The notes beneath the pieces are model-generated. The model did not search any database and was not told the origin of the DNA. It was given only the letters and a program-made list of their open reading frames with translations. Below are positions 28,059 to 36,256 of a stretch of DNA of 59,330 nucleotides, one piece after another. The DNA is taken from positions 1 to 59,330 of IMG/VR virus record IMGVR_UViG_3300011336_000352; one strand, 5' to 3'. The DNA is from a virus. Taxonomy: Duplodnaviria; Caudoviricetes. The translations under genes were made by a program, and so were the position numbers. The first letter of the stretch is position 1, and each line of letters opens with the position of its first letter.

Positions 28059-28904
28059 TCAATAGACCTCTTCATCAAAATATTCTTCAAAAGCTTTAAC
28101 ATATGCTTCCAGTGTGGATGGATTGTTCAAGGCTGGCGCTGTGTTAATCTCACACACGACCATTGTTGCACCTTTCTTGGAATGCTTTACCAAGATATCA
28201 ACTGCTCCGTGCCCGATATCAACAGCCCTAGCGGCACTAAGAGCCAAGTCCTTTAGCTTCTCAGCGTATTCTAGCCTATCGCAGTCTAGGTCGTTGATAG
28301 CAAATACCCAGCCATTTCCGTTGGTGCGGATTAGCTTTTGGTCGTTGGTAAGATTTAGATTCTCGTATCCGTTCTTGCGCTTCTTCTGTTGCACAAGAAT
28401 TACTTTCCCAAAAGCTACGTGTACTCGGTACTCGGCATCCTTCTTGAAGTACTGTGTGTATAGAGGAGCATCTGGTATATTTTCCGGATCACGCACGACT
28501 AGGATGCCTTGCCCGGAGTGACCTGTAAGAGTAGTGCGAGCAATAGCTTTTCCATCTTGAGCAATCCAATCCTTAACCCACTCTTTAGCTGGCTTGTAGG
28601 GATAGGGAGGCAAATCAGAAACCCAACCTAGGCGAGAAACATCCGCATTTCTCAAAGCGCACTGAGTAAATAATTTATTGGAGGCAATACCTACCGAGTC
28701 GTGGCAATTTGTTGTCATAACAGCGTGGCCACGAGGGCACCAGCCAGGATTTTGCGAAACTCCCCAATTGATTACAAATAGGGGTCTTGGTAATCGCTTA
28801 GGACGAGAGTCCTTGTGGTAGTGCCTAATGCCCAAGGCTTGGGCCAGCTTAGCTCCCGAGCCATTCTTGTGTCCTTTCTGGCGAAGTAGAACTACATTAT
28901 TCAT
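28059..28904 (-). CDS. ATP-grasp peptide ligase (phiEco32-type, RimK-like)
   Basis: VINWG; ASNK; GHSGQGI; EYRVHV; GAVDI; CEINTAP. Confidence 0.9.
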   Translation of the reverse strand: MNNVVLLRQKGHKNGSGAKLAQALGIRHYHKDSRPKRLPRPLFVINWGVSQNPGWCPRGHAVMTTNCHDSVGIASNKLFTQCALRNADVSRLGWVSDLPPYPYKPAKEWVKDWIAQDGKAIARTTLTGHSGQGILVVRDPENIPDAPLYTQYFKKDAEYRVHVAFGKVILVQQKKRKNGYENLNLTNDQKLIRTNGNGWVFAINDLDCDRLEYAEKLKDLALSAARAVDIGHGAVDILVKHSKKGATMVVCEINTAPALNNPSTLEAYVKAFEEYFDEEVY

Positions 28905-29092
28905 TTTTTGTAGATCCTAATAGTATCACCAATTATCCAGCACATAAGTATAGTATATCCTATAATTCCTAGTATTAGGACTGTAATAATGAAGCCGCGG
29001 GCCCCCAAAATAAATATGCTACCTATAAGAATCGCTACTAATGGGCCAAAAATACAAAGCCCGAGACCAAAGCTCTTTAAGAACTCTAACAT
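28901..29092 (-). CDS. Small two-TM membrane protein
   Basis: 63 aa, strongly hydrophobic; GGAG RBS; ATGA-coupled to the ATP-grasp gene. Confidence 0.7.
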   Translation of the reverse strand: MLEFLKSFGLGLCIFGPLVAILIGSIFILGARGFIITVLILGIIGYTILMCWIIGDTIRIYKK

Positions 29093-29093
29093 C

Positions 29094-29426
29094 TTATGCT
29101 CCCTTCTTGCGAATCTCGAAGCACACTTCTTCGTCCCAGCAGCGGATAAATGACTCTCCCCGCCAACAGCCTGATGCAGGTTTTAACTCGTTATTGTATA
29201 GACAAATAACTACTGAATTTCCTCCAGTACTTTTCAATACTACAAACTTTGTTTCATATCCTGGGCTAGAATAAATGCCCTCGCTATCCTTCATTCCCTC
29301 AAAAGATAGAGGCGGGGAATCTTTCTTAGTACTCTTTTTAGCACTGCAAGACTTAATCTTCACGATTGTGTGTACTCCACGTTGGTTATGCCATAGTCCT
29401 TTATTGCTAGTTCGCAAATAGGACAC
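29094..29426 (-). CDS. Hypothetical protein (start uncertain)
   Basis: 110-aa ORF; likely true start is GTG near 29363. Confidence 0.55.
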   Translation of the reverse strand: MSYLRTSNKGLWHNQRGVHTIVKIKSCSAKKSTKKDSPPLSFEGMKDSEGIYSSPGYETKFVVLKSTGGNSVVICLYNNELKPASGCWRGESFIRCWDEEVCFEIRKKGA

Positions 29427-29674
29427 GGCTTGGATGGTAACAAAAGACCATTACTATTCCTACGCACTATCACCATCCTTTTTGGGATGGCTCCATATGG
29501 AAGCTTAGTAAGGGCATCTATTTCTGCGTGTAAGTAAATCTTCTGCGGGATGTTGGCTCTGTCTGCGTATCTCTTTTGCACTGGATGCGTTTTGGTGTAG
29601 TTGTTTCGTCCTACACTCAACATCCTGCCCGAACGATCAAAGCAGATTGCTACTATGTTCTGCCTAGTCTTCAC
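29360..29674 (-). CDS. Zn-dependent cytidine/dCMP deaminase-fold protein
   Basis: LHAEIDAL and KPCPIC motifs. Confidence 0.85.
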   Translation of the reverse strand: MKTRQNIVAICFDRSGRMLSVGRNNYTKTHPVQKRYADRANIPQKIYLHAEIDALTKLPYGAIPKRMVIVRRNSNGLLLPSKPCPICELAIKDYGITNVEYTQS

Positions 29675-29676
29675 AC

Positions 29677-30117
29677 CTAGAAGCCGGGATAATCTTCAGG
29701 GCTCCACTGAGCAGTAGCACTAAACTCTACAATTTTGCGGCGAGTAGAAGGAAGAACTAGATCAGCGGGATGCCCCGAACTACTAGAAATGGTTCCTTTG
29801 CTCGTGTAGGTGTACGGAATTTCTATATCTCCATCATCTGACAGACCAATAATGGGAAATACGCCTTTCTTGTCTGCTACAATGATGCGACAAGATTTTC
29901 CATCTCTAGTTTTGTACACGTCGCCGGCCCTAATTGGTGCCGGAGCTTCTTCTATCTCCTTTACCACTAGCCGGCCTATAGGAGCGTACACTACTTGCGG
30001 TTCGTTTGCTGACGTTCCGAGATTGTTGTCTGCACGGCGTTGTTTTTTGGCAATCAAGTCCTGAATAGTTTCCGCACGATCTACAACGGAAGAAGTTTTT
30101 ACTGTGTGGAATTTCAC
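29677..30117 (-). CDS. Hypothetical protein
   Basis: GTG 30117 with AAGGA RBS; the longer ORF call runs into the tRNA and terminator. Confidence 0.65.
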   Translation of the reverse strand: MKFHTVKTSSVVDRAETIQDLIAKKQRRADNNLGTSANEPQVVYAPIGRLVVKEIEEAPAPIRAGDVYKTRDGKSCRIIVADKKGVFPIIGLSDDGDIEIPYTYTSKGTISSSSGHPADLVLPSTRRKIVEFSATAQWSPEDYPGF

Positions 30118-30139
30118 TTGTGTATCCTTTTGTCGAGAC

Positions 30140-30165
30140 AAAAAAAGACCGCCACGAGGGCGGTC
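30140..30165 (-). terminator. Rho-independent terminator downstream of tRNA-Ile2
   Basis: GACCGCC-CTCGT-GGCGGTC followed by T7. Confidence 0.85.
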
Positions 30166-30197
30166 GAGATTAAAGCTAGTTTTTGAGATAGAAATAG

Positions 30198-30274
30198 TGG
30201 TGCCCCCGGTTGGATTTGAACCAACGATCAAGCGATTATGAGTCGCCTGCATTAGACCGCTATGCTACAGGGGC
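30198..30274 (-). tRNA. tRNA with CAT anticodon, Ile2-type (lysidine-modified, reads ATA)
   Basis: GCCCCTG/CGGGGGC acceptor, encoded CCA; anticodon arm GGCGA-CTCATAA-TCGCT as in enterobacterial tRNA-Ile2; lacks initiator features (three G-C pairs, unpaired 1:72). Confidence 0.88.
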
Positions 30275-30316
30275 TTATTACATGCCCTAATCGGGAATGT
30301 AATTGATAAAAGAGTA

Positions 30317-30628
30317 TTACTCGAAAATTAGGGAGTGAACAGTCTCGTAGCTGGGGTTGCCCGTAAAGCCTCCGAGAATATCTCCATTGAAGAAGTGGCG
30401 ACGAGCGACGGTCCGCCCTGTTGCTTTACACCAGTTATCGCGTGCCGAGCAAAAGGCGGCAGACACTAGCCATCCATCTCCGTCTTTGCGGCAGAAAGCA
30501 GTAGCTCCCTTTACCTTCTTTCCGTTCACGACGCTGCTCTCTCGAAAGTGGTAGAAGCGTTCTTCGTGCGTTGTACTCTTATGCGGCCTACCGGCCTTTT
30601 GGCCTTCGCCTGCTGGATGATTAGCCAT
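30317..30628 (-). CDS. Hypothetical phage protein
   Basis: 103 aa; AFCSARDNWCKATGR motif; GAGG RBS. Confidence 0.7.
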   Translation of the reverse strand: MANHPAGEGQKAGRPHKSTTHEERFYHFRESSVVNGKKVKGATAFCRKDGDGWLVSAAFCSARDNWCKATGRTVARRHFFNGDILGGFTGNPSYETVHSLIFE

Positions 30629-30750
30629 TGCTCGTTAACCTCGAATTGGATTTGAAGGTAGTTACTGGAGATTGTTTTACCATTTTGCGTTTCTTGTAGA
30701 AGCATCGCTTGTTTGGCATTCGGCCAAAGAGCCACGCTCTCCACGCAGGA

Positions 30751-31137
30751 TTAGTTGCGGGGCGCTTTCTTTGCTCCATTTATTGGAATCCTTTTCTTAG
30801 TCCACTGGATGATGCAGTGCTTGACAGTGTTGCCGCTATTATAGTTACGGTACGGAGGGCTCAGAAATACCTTGCAGCCATACTCCGTACCGTATCTAGA
30901 GAATGAAAATTCTTCTGGCAATTGTTCAGCAATGTCGTAGATCATCCCTGCCTTGTAGTTTTTAGCTGCCCTATCACCAAAAAATAGGCAGCTTCCAGTG
31001 CTTTCTGCAATGTTATCTTTGATAAAGTCTAGGGCTTCTGTTTTAGTAGGCCTAGTATAGGAACTCCTCTCATAATACTGAAGTGCCTTAAAGGCACAAA
31101 AATTAGCCATTGGGTACACTTCCGCATAATGCATCAT
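30751..31137 (-). CDS. Hypothetical early protein
   Basis: 128 aa; GGAG RBS. Confidence 0.65.
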   Translation of the reverse strand: MMHYAEVYPMANFCAFKALQYYERSSYTRPTKTEALDFIKDNIAESTGSCLFFGDRAAKNYKAGMIYDIAEQLPEEFSFSRYGTEYGCKVFLSPPYRNYNSGNTVKHCIIQWTKKRIPINGAKKAPRN

Positions 31138-31141
31138 TGTT

Positions 31142-31429
31142 CTACTCCGTAGGCTTAGATAGGATACTGGTATCGAAATAGTTTTTCGAGTTAACTATTC
31201 GACACTTTTGCTTGGGGGAGAAGATGCAATCTTTGCGCGTAGCTATGTTGATAGAAGCTAGCGCTTCCGTCTTGCAATAGATTCCGTGGTTCTTCACGAG
31301 AGTTGAAGCCTTCTGGCCTTTTGCGAGCACCTTTAAAGAGTGGTGCTCGTCGTGCAAGACTTTGAACAGGGCTCCTTTTGGAACTTCCTGGAAAGTAACT
31401 ACCTTCACTGGCGTGCTATTCTTGTTCAT
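31142..31429 (-). CDS. Hypothetical early protein
   Basis: 95 aa, operon spacing. Confidence 0.65.
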   Translation of the reverse strand: MNKNSTPVKVVTFQEVPKGALFKVLHDEHHSLKVLAKGQKASTLVKNHGIYCKTEALASINIATRKDCIFSPKQKCRIVNSKNYFDTSILSKPTE

Positions 31430-31432
31430 GGA

Positions 31433-31588
31433 TTACAGCCCCTTTCGCGGCCATTCGCCGCAGATATACGCGATTAACGGAAGAAAGGCGATGGTAACGC
31501 ATAGCCCCATGAACCCAAAAAGGCTCGTGAAGATGATAGCTACTATCGCGGACACAACGATAAATTCAAAGAACATCTTAAGCATCAC
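31433..31588 (-). CDS. Small two-TM membrane protein
   Basis: Hydrophobic C-terminal 51 aa of the 31433-31924 ORF; GAGGAG RBS and GTGA overlap. Confidence 0.6.
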   Translation of the reverse strand: MMLKMFFEFIVVSAIVAIIFTSLFGFMGLCVTIAFLPLIAYICGEWPRKGL

Positions 31589-31791
31589 GCACTCCTCAGT
31601 TCGTGGACTGTTTTGATCGAGCCGTCGCTCAAGTGCGCCGCCACGGCTATATTGTGGTCGTCGATTATGTACGCGCACGCTATTCCGGCGGCCAAGCGCA
31701 AGGCGGCTTCTTTTGAGCGAAAAGCCCTTCCCGTGCGTATGTAATTGATTACCCGCCCAAAAGCCCGCACTGGCTTCATTACTCGGTACAT
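31585..31791 (-). CDS. Hypothetical early protein
   Basis: 68 aa; GGAGAAGGA RBS. Confidence 0.6.
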   Translation of the reverse strand: MYRVMKPVRAFGRVINYIRTGRAFRSKEAALRLAAGIACAYIIDDHNIAVAAHLSDGSIKTVHELRSA

Positions 31792-32166
31792 TGTCCTTCT
31801 CCAACAATCGGGCTAATTGCCCGCCACGAGGCTCTACTCCTTTAAAGCCCCGTAACCGGAAATTATTCCTCGATGTGAATGCAAAGAGTGGCGTTATCGA
31901 CCACGGCACCAGCGCACTTGGCAAAGTTCAAGATCATCGCGCTCATACCGCCTCCCAAATCGCGTTAGCGAGCAGAGCGATGGCGAGTCCGAAACTTGCG
32001 CCTGCGCAAAGCCACAGGGCTATGTCGAAATAGCGTTCGTGGATGGTCATGGTTGCTCTCCTGTGGTGCGGGCGATGGCTGCGCGCAGGGCCACAACTTC
32101 GGAATAGAACCTTAATTCGAGCTTGTTCATGTTTCTTGTACTCCTATTGTCTGATTTGACCTTAGG

Positions 32167-32397
32167 TCAAATTGTCTGGTAGATAACTGGCTTCCCGCGA
32201 GCATTCAAGTCCTGGGCTTCGTGTTGATTGGCTATTGCGTACAAGATTTTTCCTGTTTTCTTGTCAACAGTAGAAGCGAAAACACAAAAAGATTGCTTCG
32301 GCCTCAAGCTAGCCTCTAAGTTAGCGCGGCCTATTACAGCCGCCTTGTCCGAGAAGTCCAAGGGCTTTCTAAACTCCAGGATATTTTGGATTGGCAT
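32167..32397 (-). CDS. Hypothetical early protein
   Basis: 76 aa; AGGA RBS. Confidence 0.6.
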   Translation of the reverse strand: MPIQNILEFRKPLDFSDKAAVIGRANLEASLRPKQSFCVFASTVDKKTGKILYAIANQHEAQDLNARGKPVIYQTI

Positions 32398-32398
32398 T

Positions 32399-32605
32399 TT
32401 ATTTCCTAACTCTGTTATCGCGCTTAGCTCGTTCCTCGTAAAATTCTTGGCTTTCCTTAGTTATTAATCGCCAAGGTGTGTGCCCGGTTTCCATCAGAAT
32501 TATATCGTTCTGTGTTGCGAACATGCGTCGGTTCCACGGGATGACTTCCACAAACTTCGGAAATTCTATGTCGTATAGCTGCTCACCTAGAGATTTGCTT
32601 TGCAC
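32399..32605 (-). CDS. Hypothetical early protein
   Basis: 68 aa; GAGGAG RBS before GTG. Confidence 0.6.
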   Translation of the reverse strand: MQSKSLGEQLYDIEFPKFVEVIPWNRRMFATQNDIILMETGHTPWRLITKESQEFYEERAKRDNRVRK

Positions 32606-32743
32606 GTTTATTACTCCTCAAAGCAAAGAGAAATCGGCTATTCATGGCCCAGACCAAGGCACCGAATACTGAGCTACAAACCGCTTTGGCTAATAGTTCT
32701 CTATCATTCATCACTCAAACCTCACCTAATTATCGTTCTCTCG

Positions 32744-33034
32744 TTACTCGAATCGAACTCTGTCACCCTCCCGGATGATCTTATACGGCATGGGTTCGCC
32801 GCCGGCCTGCGCCGATGCTTCGCGGAGTGAGATGTATCTCACTGCCTCGATTACTTCATCCTGATACCACGGCTTTCTAGCCTCTAGTTTGAATCCTGTA
32901 GATCCGGTATTCACGCACAAGGATTCAATTTCTGAACGCATGTATCTATCACACAACTCTATCGCCAGCCTGTACAGTTCGGCATTCACCGTCTTGCTGT
33001 CCTCTTCGTTTGCCTGCGCAGGAAGCGCGAACAT
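32744..33034 (-). CDS. Hypothetical early protein
   Basis: ATG 33034 with GAGGA RBS within the 32744-33076 ORF. Confidence 0.6.
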   Translation of the reverse strand: MFALPAQANEEDSKTVNAELYRLAIELCDRYMRSEIESLCVNTGSTGFKLEARKPWYQDEVIEAVRYISLREASAQAGGEPMPYKIIREGDRVRFE

Positions 33035-33313
33035 GTCACAATTCCTCAAAAAATCCACGGCGCCAGCACTGGTCAAACAGCCAGCGCGAGCAGTTCAAAA
33101 ATACATTGCCTTCGTCATCCTTCACGATCACGCGCATTCCGTCATCGAAGCAAACCATCAACCGCTCCCTTGGGAACATCCAACTCCGTCGAAAAAATGC
33201 GCTCACTTCACAGTTTCCTTGCTGGCCGTAAATGGGAATTGCGCGAACCTGTCCGCGTATATTGATATACGGATTGTTAAGAAAAGGTTAAATCTGAATC
33301 CCTTAAACGCACG

Positions 33314-33340
33314 AAAGCTCCGCGCCTTTCGACGCGGAGC
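33314..33340 (-). terminator. GC-rich GAAA-tetraloop hairpin, possible weak terminator or processing site
   Basis: GCTCCGCGTC-GAAA-GGCGCGGAGC-TTT. Confidence 0.45.
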
Positions 33341-33383
33341 ATCTACTGTCGCAAAAAAGCAACAGGTAACTAGATTTTAACGC

Positions 33384-33746
33384 TTATACCGTGCGCGTTA
33401 ACGCTTCGGCAGCGCGCGACCGATAACCTTCCTTGTTGCTGCGCGAAAAAGCATTCGCTATTACATGCGCATTTACTGGTATCAATGCGCGGCTCGCTGG
33501 AAGTACATATTCGGTGGCCGCGTATTTATTGCCGAGGTGCGCGATATCCCTATATCCACACCAAGCGGATGCGCTAACCTTGTCCTTGCTGTCCTTGCGC
33601 AACAAGCGAAAACGGAAAGATTCCGCGGATGGAGTAAATATCCACGTGTACTCCACGGTGCCCTCAACCTCTACTATATAGGCATCTTTTGCCATGGCTC
33701 TAGGCTCATCAGGCGCGGGAAATACCGCGCGACCATCGCGGCGCAT
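33384..33746 (-). CDS. Hypothetical early protein
   Basis: 120 aa following the first early gene. Confidence 0.55.
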   Translation of the reverse strand: MRRDGRAVFPAPDEPRAMAKDAYIVEVEGTVEYTWIFTPSAESFRFRLLRKDSKDKVSASAWCGYRDIAHLGNKYAATEYVLPASRALIPVNAHVIANAFSRSNKEGYRSRAAEALTRTV

Positions 33747-33776
33747 CCGTGCGCCGCTAGGTTTCGCCTTCTCGTG

Positions 33777-34544
33777 TTACTCGTTGACGGCTGCCGCAAC
33801 TTCAACCCCTTCGTCCGCGTCCACAGCATCCGCCGCCGCGTCTACCGCTTCGTCCGCGGCACTCGGAGCTTCTCCCTTCACTTCGCGACTCGGGATCAAC
33901 CCGAGGATTTTTTCCGCAACGTCGATTGCCTTGTGGATATCCAGGCCAACAAGCGCCGGAGTGCCGTCTTTCTTGCTAGCGTTCTTGTCCTTGACAAGAT
34001 CGGCCAACAGGATCTTGATCTGCCCGACAAGCATAACGTAACGGCGCTGCTCGTCCGAAGTAATCGCCGCCTTGACGATGGCTTTGGCGCTCGTGAATCC
34101 CAAGCCTGCCACGCCCGTTTCCTTCGGAATAGAGACTTTGGCATCTTCGGCAGCTTGCTTCAGGGTTTCCGGATCACCCGCCACCGTGAGCAAACGGCAC
34201 GCTGTACTGCGGTATTGCTTGATCGTTTGGTCTGCGGCTTGCGCGACGTTTGGGTCAAGCTTTACACCTTCATCCGTCAGCGCACAGTGCAATTCAACCG
34301 GCGTAATTTGCTTTGCTTGTGCGGTTGCGACCGCGACCGCGTAGGCGGCCCACAAAGCGCCGGATGCGCTCTTATTGGTGTCCTTACCCTTTGCAGCGGC
34401 ATTGGCGGCGTTTTGCGCCCGCAATTCCGCATCGTGTACTTTCTGCAATTCCTCGCCCATAGTGGCGCGAGCTTTGTCCGCTGCGAGCTTGCGACCCAGT
34501 GCCGCAAACTGTTCAGTACTGTCGATTTTTTCGATTTTCAACAT
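33777..34544 (-). CDS. First early gene: Ala-rich helical protein with acidic tail
   Basis: 255 aa; GGAG RBS; directly after a consensus sigma-70 promoter; GC-rich codon usage. Confidence 0.75.
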   Translation of the reverse strand: MLKIEKIDSTEQFAALGRKLAADKARATMGEELQKVHDAELRAQNAANAAAKGKDTNKSASGALWAAYAVAVATAQAKQITPVELHCALTDEGVKLDPNVAQAADQTIKQYRSTACRLLTVAGDPETLKQAAEDAKVSIPKETGVAGLGFTSAKAIVKAAITSDEQRRYVMLVGQIKILLADLVKDKNASKKDGTPALVGLDIHKAIDVAEKILGLIPSREVKGEAPSAADEAVDAAADAVDADEGVEVAAAVNE

Positions 34545-34592
34545 GGGTTAACTCCGTTAGTGGATTGTCCCGGCGCTATTGCCGGTAGTCTT

Positions 34593-34621
34593 AGTGTAAG
34601 TCGTGCACGGTGAATTGTCAA
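34593..34621 (-). promoter_or_regulatory. Strong sigma-70 early promoter
   Basis: TTGACA-17 nt-TACACT with an upstream T-tract. Confidence 0.85.
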
Positions 34622-35077
34622 GGGCCGAATTGTAAAAAAGTGTAACAAGACGATAGGCTGAATTGTTAAGCCGTCCGGGTATATACCAGTATACGGTTGC
34701 GATTGTAAAGGAACCTTTACATACTTCACCATGCTCCCATAGTCTACTCTAGCCAACCTGAATCCAAGCTTAATGAAGATGTTAAAGTTTCATTAAGGTG
34801 TCTTAACACTTTTTTAACATTCATGCTGGCGCTCCCGGTATCCCAGTATATGCGATGCTCGTCGCAGCCTGCGCAAACGAGAATGATTCCCGTCTAAGCA
34901 TGCCCACATAGGGAACCCATATGGTGGGGGGGGGAGGGTAGCAGCTTTGACCGTGCGCCCCGTAGCGGGGTAACTACCCCCGAACTTACGAAAAATCCTA
35001 TCCCAGAATAAGCTTAATGAACGCTGAACAAAGATATAGTACAGGAGAAGAAATACGAGTTTAGGAGTATTTCGAGT

Positions 35078-35104
35078 GAACTTTCTTGAGGATTTATTGT
35101 CAAA
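35078..35104 (+). promoter_or_regulatory. Sigma-E (RpoE/AlgU)-type promoter at the head of the late arm
   Basis: GAACTT-tcttgaggatttattg(16)-TCAAA, ending 38 nt before ATG 35142. Confidence 0.72.
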
Positions 35105-35141
35105 CAAGAGTAATTCTTTGTAATTAATTCTACGAGGATAG

Positions 35142-35714
35142 ATGAATAAAGTTGATATTGATTACATTCTCAAAGAAGCAGTTAAGCTTCCGAAGAGCTT
35201 AAAGAGTGTACTAGACGAACAATCTATGTTCGACATGACGGCCCCAAGCCGGCTAGATGACACAGAGAAGCTCTACACGGAAGAATCTATAGCACCCCCT
35301 AGGGTACCCAAGCCCAAGAAGAGAAAGACGGATATACGCACGCTCAGGCGCAAGAAGCTAGAGTACACCAAGAAGCACCGAAGAGAAAAGGCAGATCACT
35401 ACAGGGAAGCGGAAGGCTCTTTACGAAATCAGTTCTTTAAGCTACGGAGGGAGATGCTGCGTAGAGCTAGGGGGGATGCTCGGGAAGGAAGCAACACTTG
35501 CTGGGATTGGGAACTAAGCTTGGAGGAGTGGATTAACCTGTGGCTTAGCTGCCCCTTGGTAGATTTGGGGAATGGATTGATGGTGACAGCTAACTCCTTG
35601 AGGGGCAGGAAGTACAAGGAGAATGTGCAGCTAAAGCGTATAGATCCTAGTAAACCCTTTAGAATCAATAACTTAGTTGTAATGCTAGGAAGAAGGGTAC
35701 TGTACGTACCTTAA
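35142..35714 (+). CDS. Basic protein with a degenerate HNH-like endonuclease C-terminal domain
   Basis: WELSLEEWINLW...RGR...LKRIDPSKPFRINNL resembles the phage HNH-like pattern; catalytic His not evident. Confidence 0.55.
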   Translation: MNKVDIDYILKEAVKLPKSLKSVLDEQSMFDMTAPSRLDDTEKLYTEESIAPPRVPKPKKRKTDIRTLRRKKLEYTKKHRREKADHYREAEGSLRNQFFKLRREMLRRARGDAREGSNTCWDWELSLEEWINLWLSCPLVDLGNGLMVTANSLRGRKYKENVQLKRIDPSKPFRINNLVVMLGRRVLYVP

Positions 35715-35763
35715 TGAAGGATAAACAGGAAACAAGAAGATTCACGAAAGTGCATCTTCGAGC

Positions 35764-35791
35764 GGAACTTTTTCCTTAGATTGTTGTCTAA
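35764..35791 (+). promoter_or_regulatory. Sigma-E (RpoE/AlgU)-type promoter preceding the lysis/structural operon
   Basis: GGAACTT-tttccttagattgttg(16)-TCTAA. Confidence 0.75.
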
Positions 35792-35796
35792 GTACT

Positions 35797-36256
35797 CCGC
35801 AGACCCCCGCAAAGCGGATCGTGGGACAAGTTCTTTGGATTGACGGTCTGTGCCCTAGTGCTAGCTCTAACTGTGCCAATTGTTACCTAGCCCCTGTGAT
35901 ATATCTATACTGTAGATGTAATCGGGTACTCTAGTACTACAACTAGAGTTACCAAGTTCGAGGAGCAAGCACTATTAGCTTGTGACGAAGAACCAGAGAA
36001 GAAGTAGGTTATCTAGGTATTACCCAAGTAATAGTGGATAGCTGATTGTAGTGAGTACTTGTTGTTATTACTCTTAAGTTGCTTAGTTGTTATTTCCTTA
36101 AGTTGTTAGCTATCCTCGCTGATGCTCTACAAACCAAGGCGAGGGGTTACTCGGGATAAGAGCACTGTTAAGGGCTATATCACAGGGAAGAAGGGCAACT
36201 GCGCCTCAAAGAAAGAAAAGATAATTAACCCTTAAAAGAGAAGAGATACTTAACTA
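35797..36256 (+). ncRNA. Candidate structured non-coding RNA or long 5' leader
   Basis: No ORF of 60 aa or more; nested inverted repeats including a 12-bp pair at 35892-35903 / 36176-36187. Confidence 0.4.

Noticed and set aside
30118-30252. N-terminal extension of ORF 29677-30252
   Set aside because: Overlaps the tRNA and terminator; GTG 30117 has a proper RBS.
33465-34613. 382-aa plus-strand ORF
   Set aside because: Antisense shadow of GC-rich minus-strand genes that have a promoter and RBS; Arg-rich with no recognisable motifs.
34982-35008. Fourth GAACTT box upstream of the late arm
   Set aside because: At 16-nt spacing the -10 reads CAGAA and lacks the TTGTC shared by the three accepted copies.
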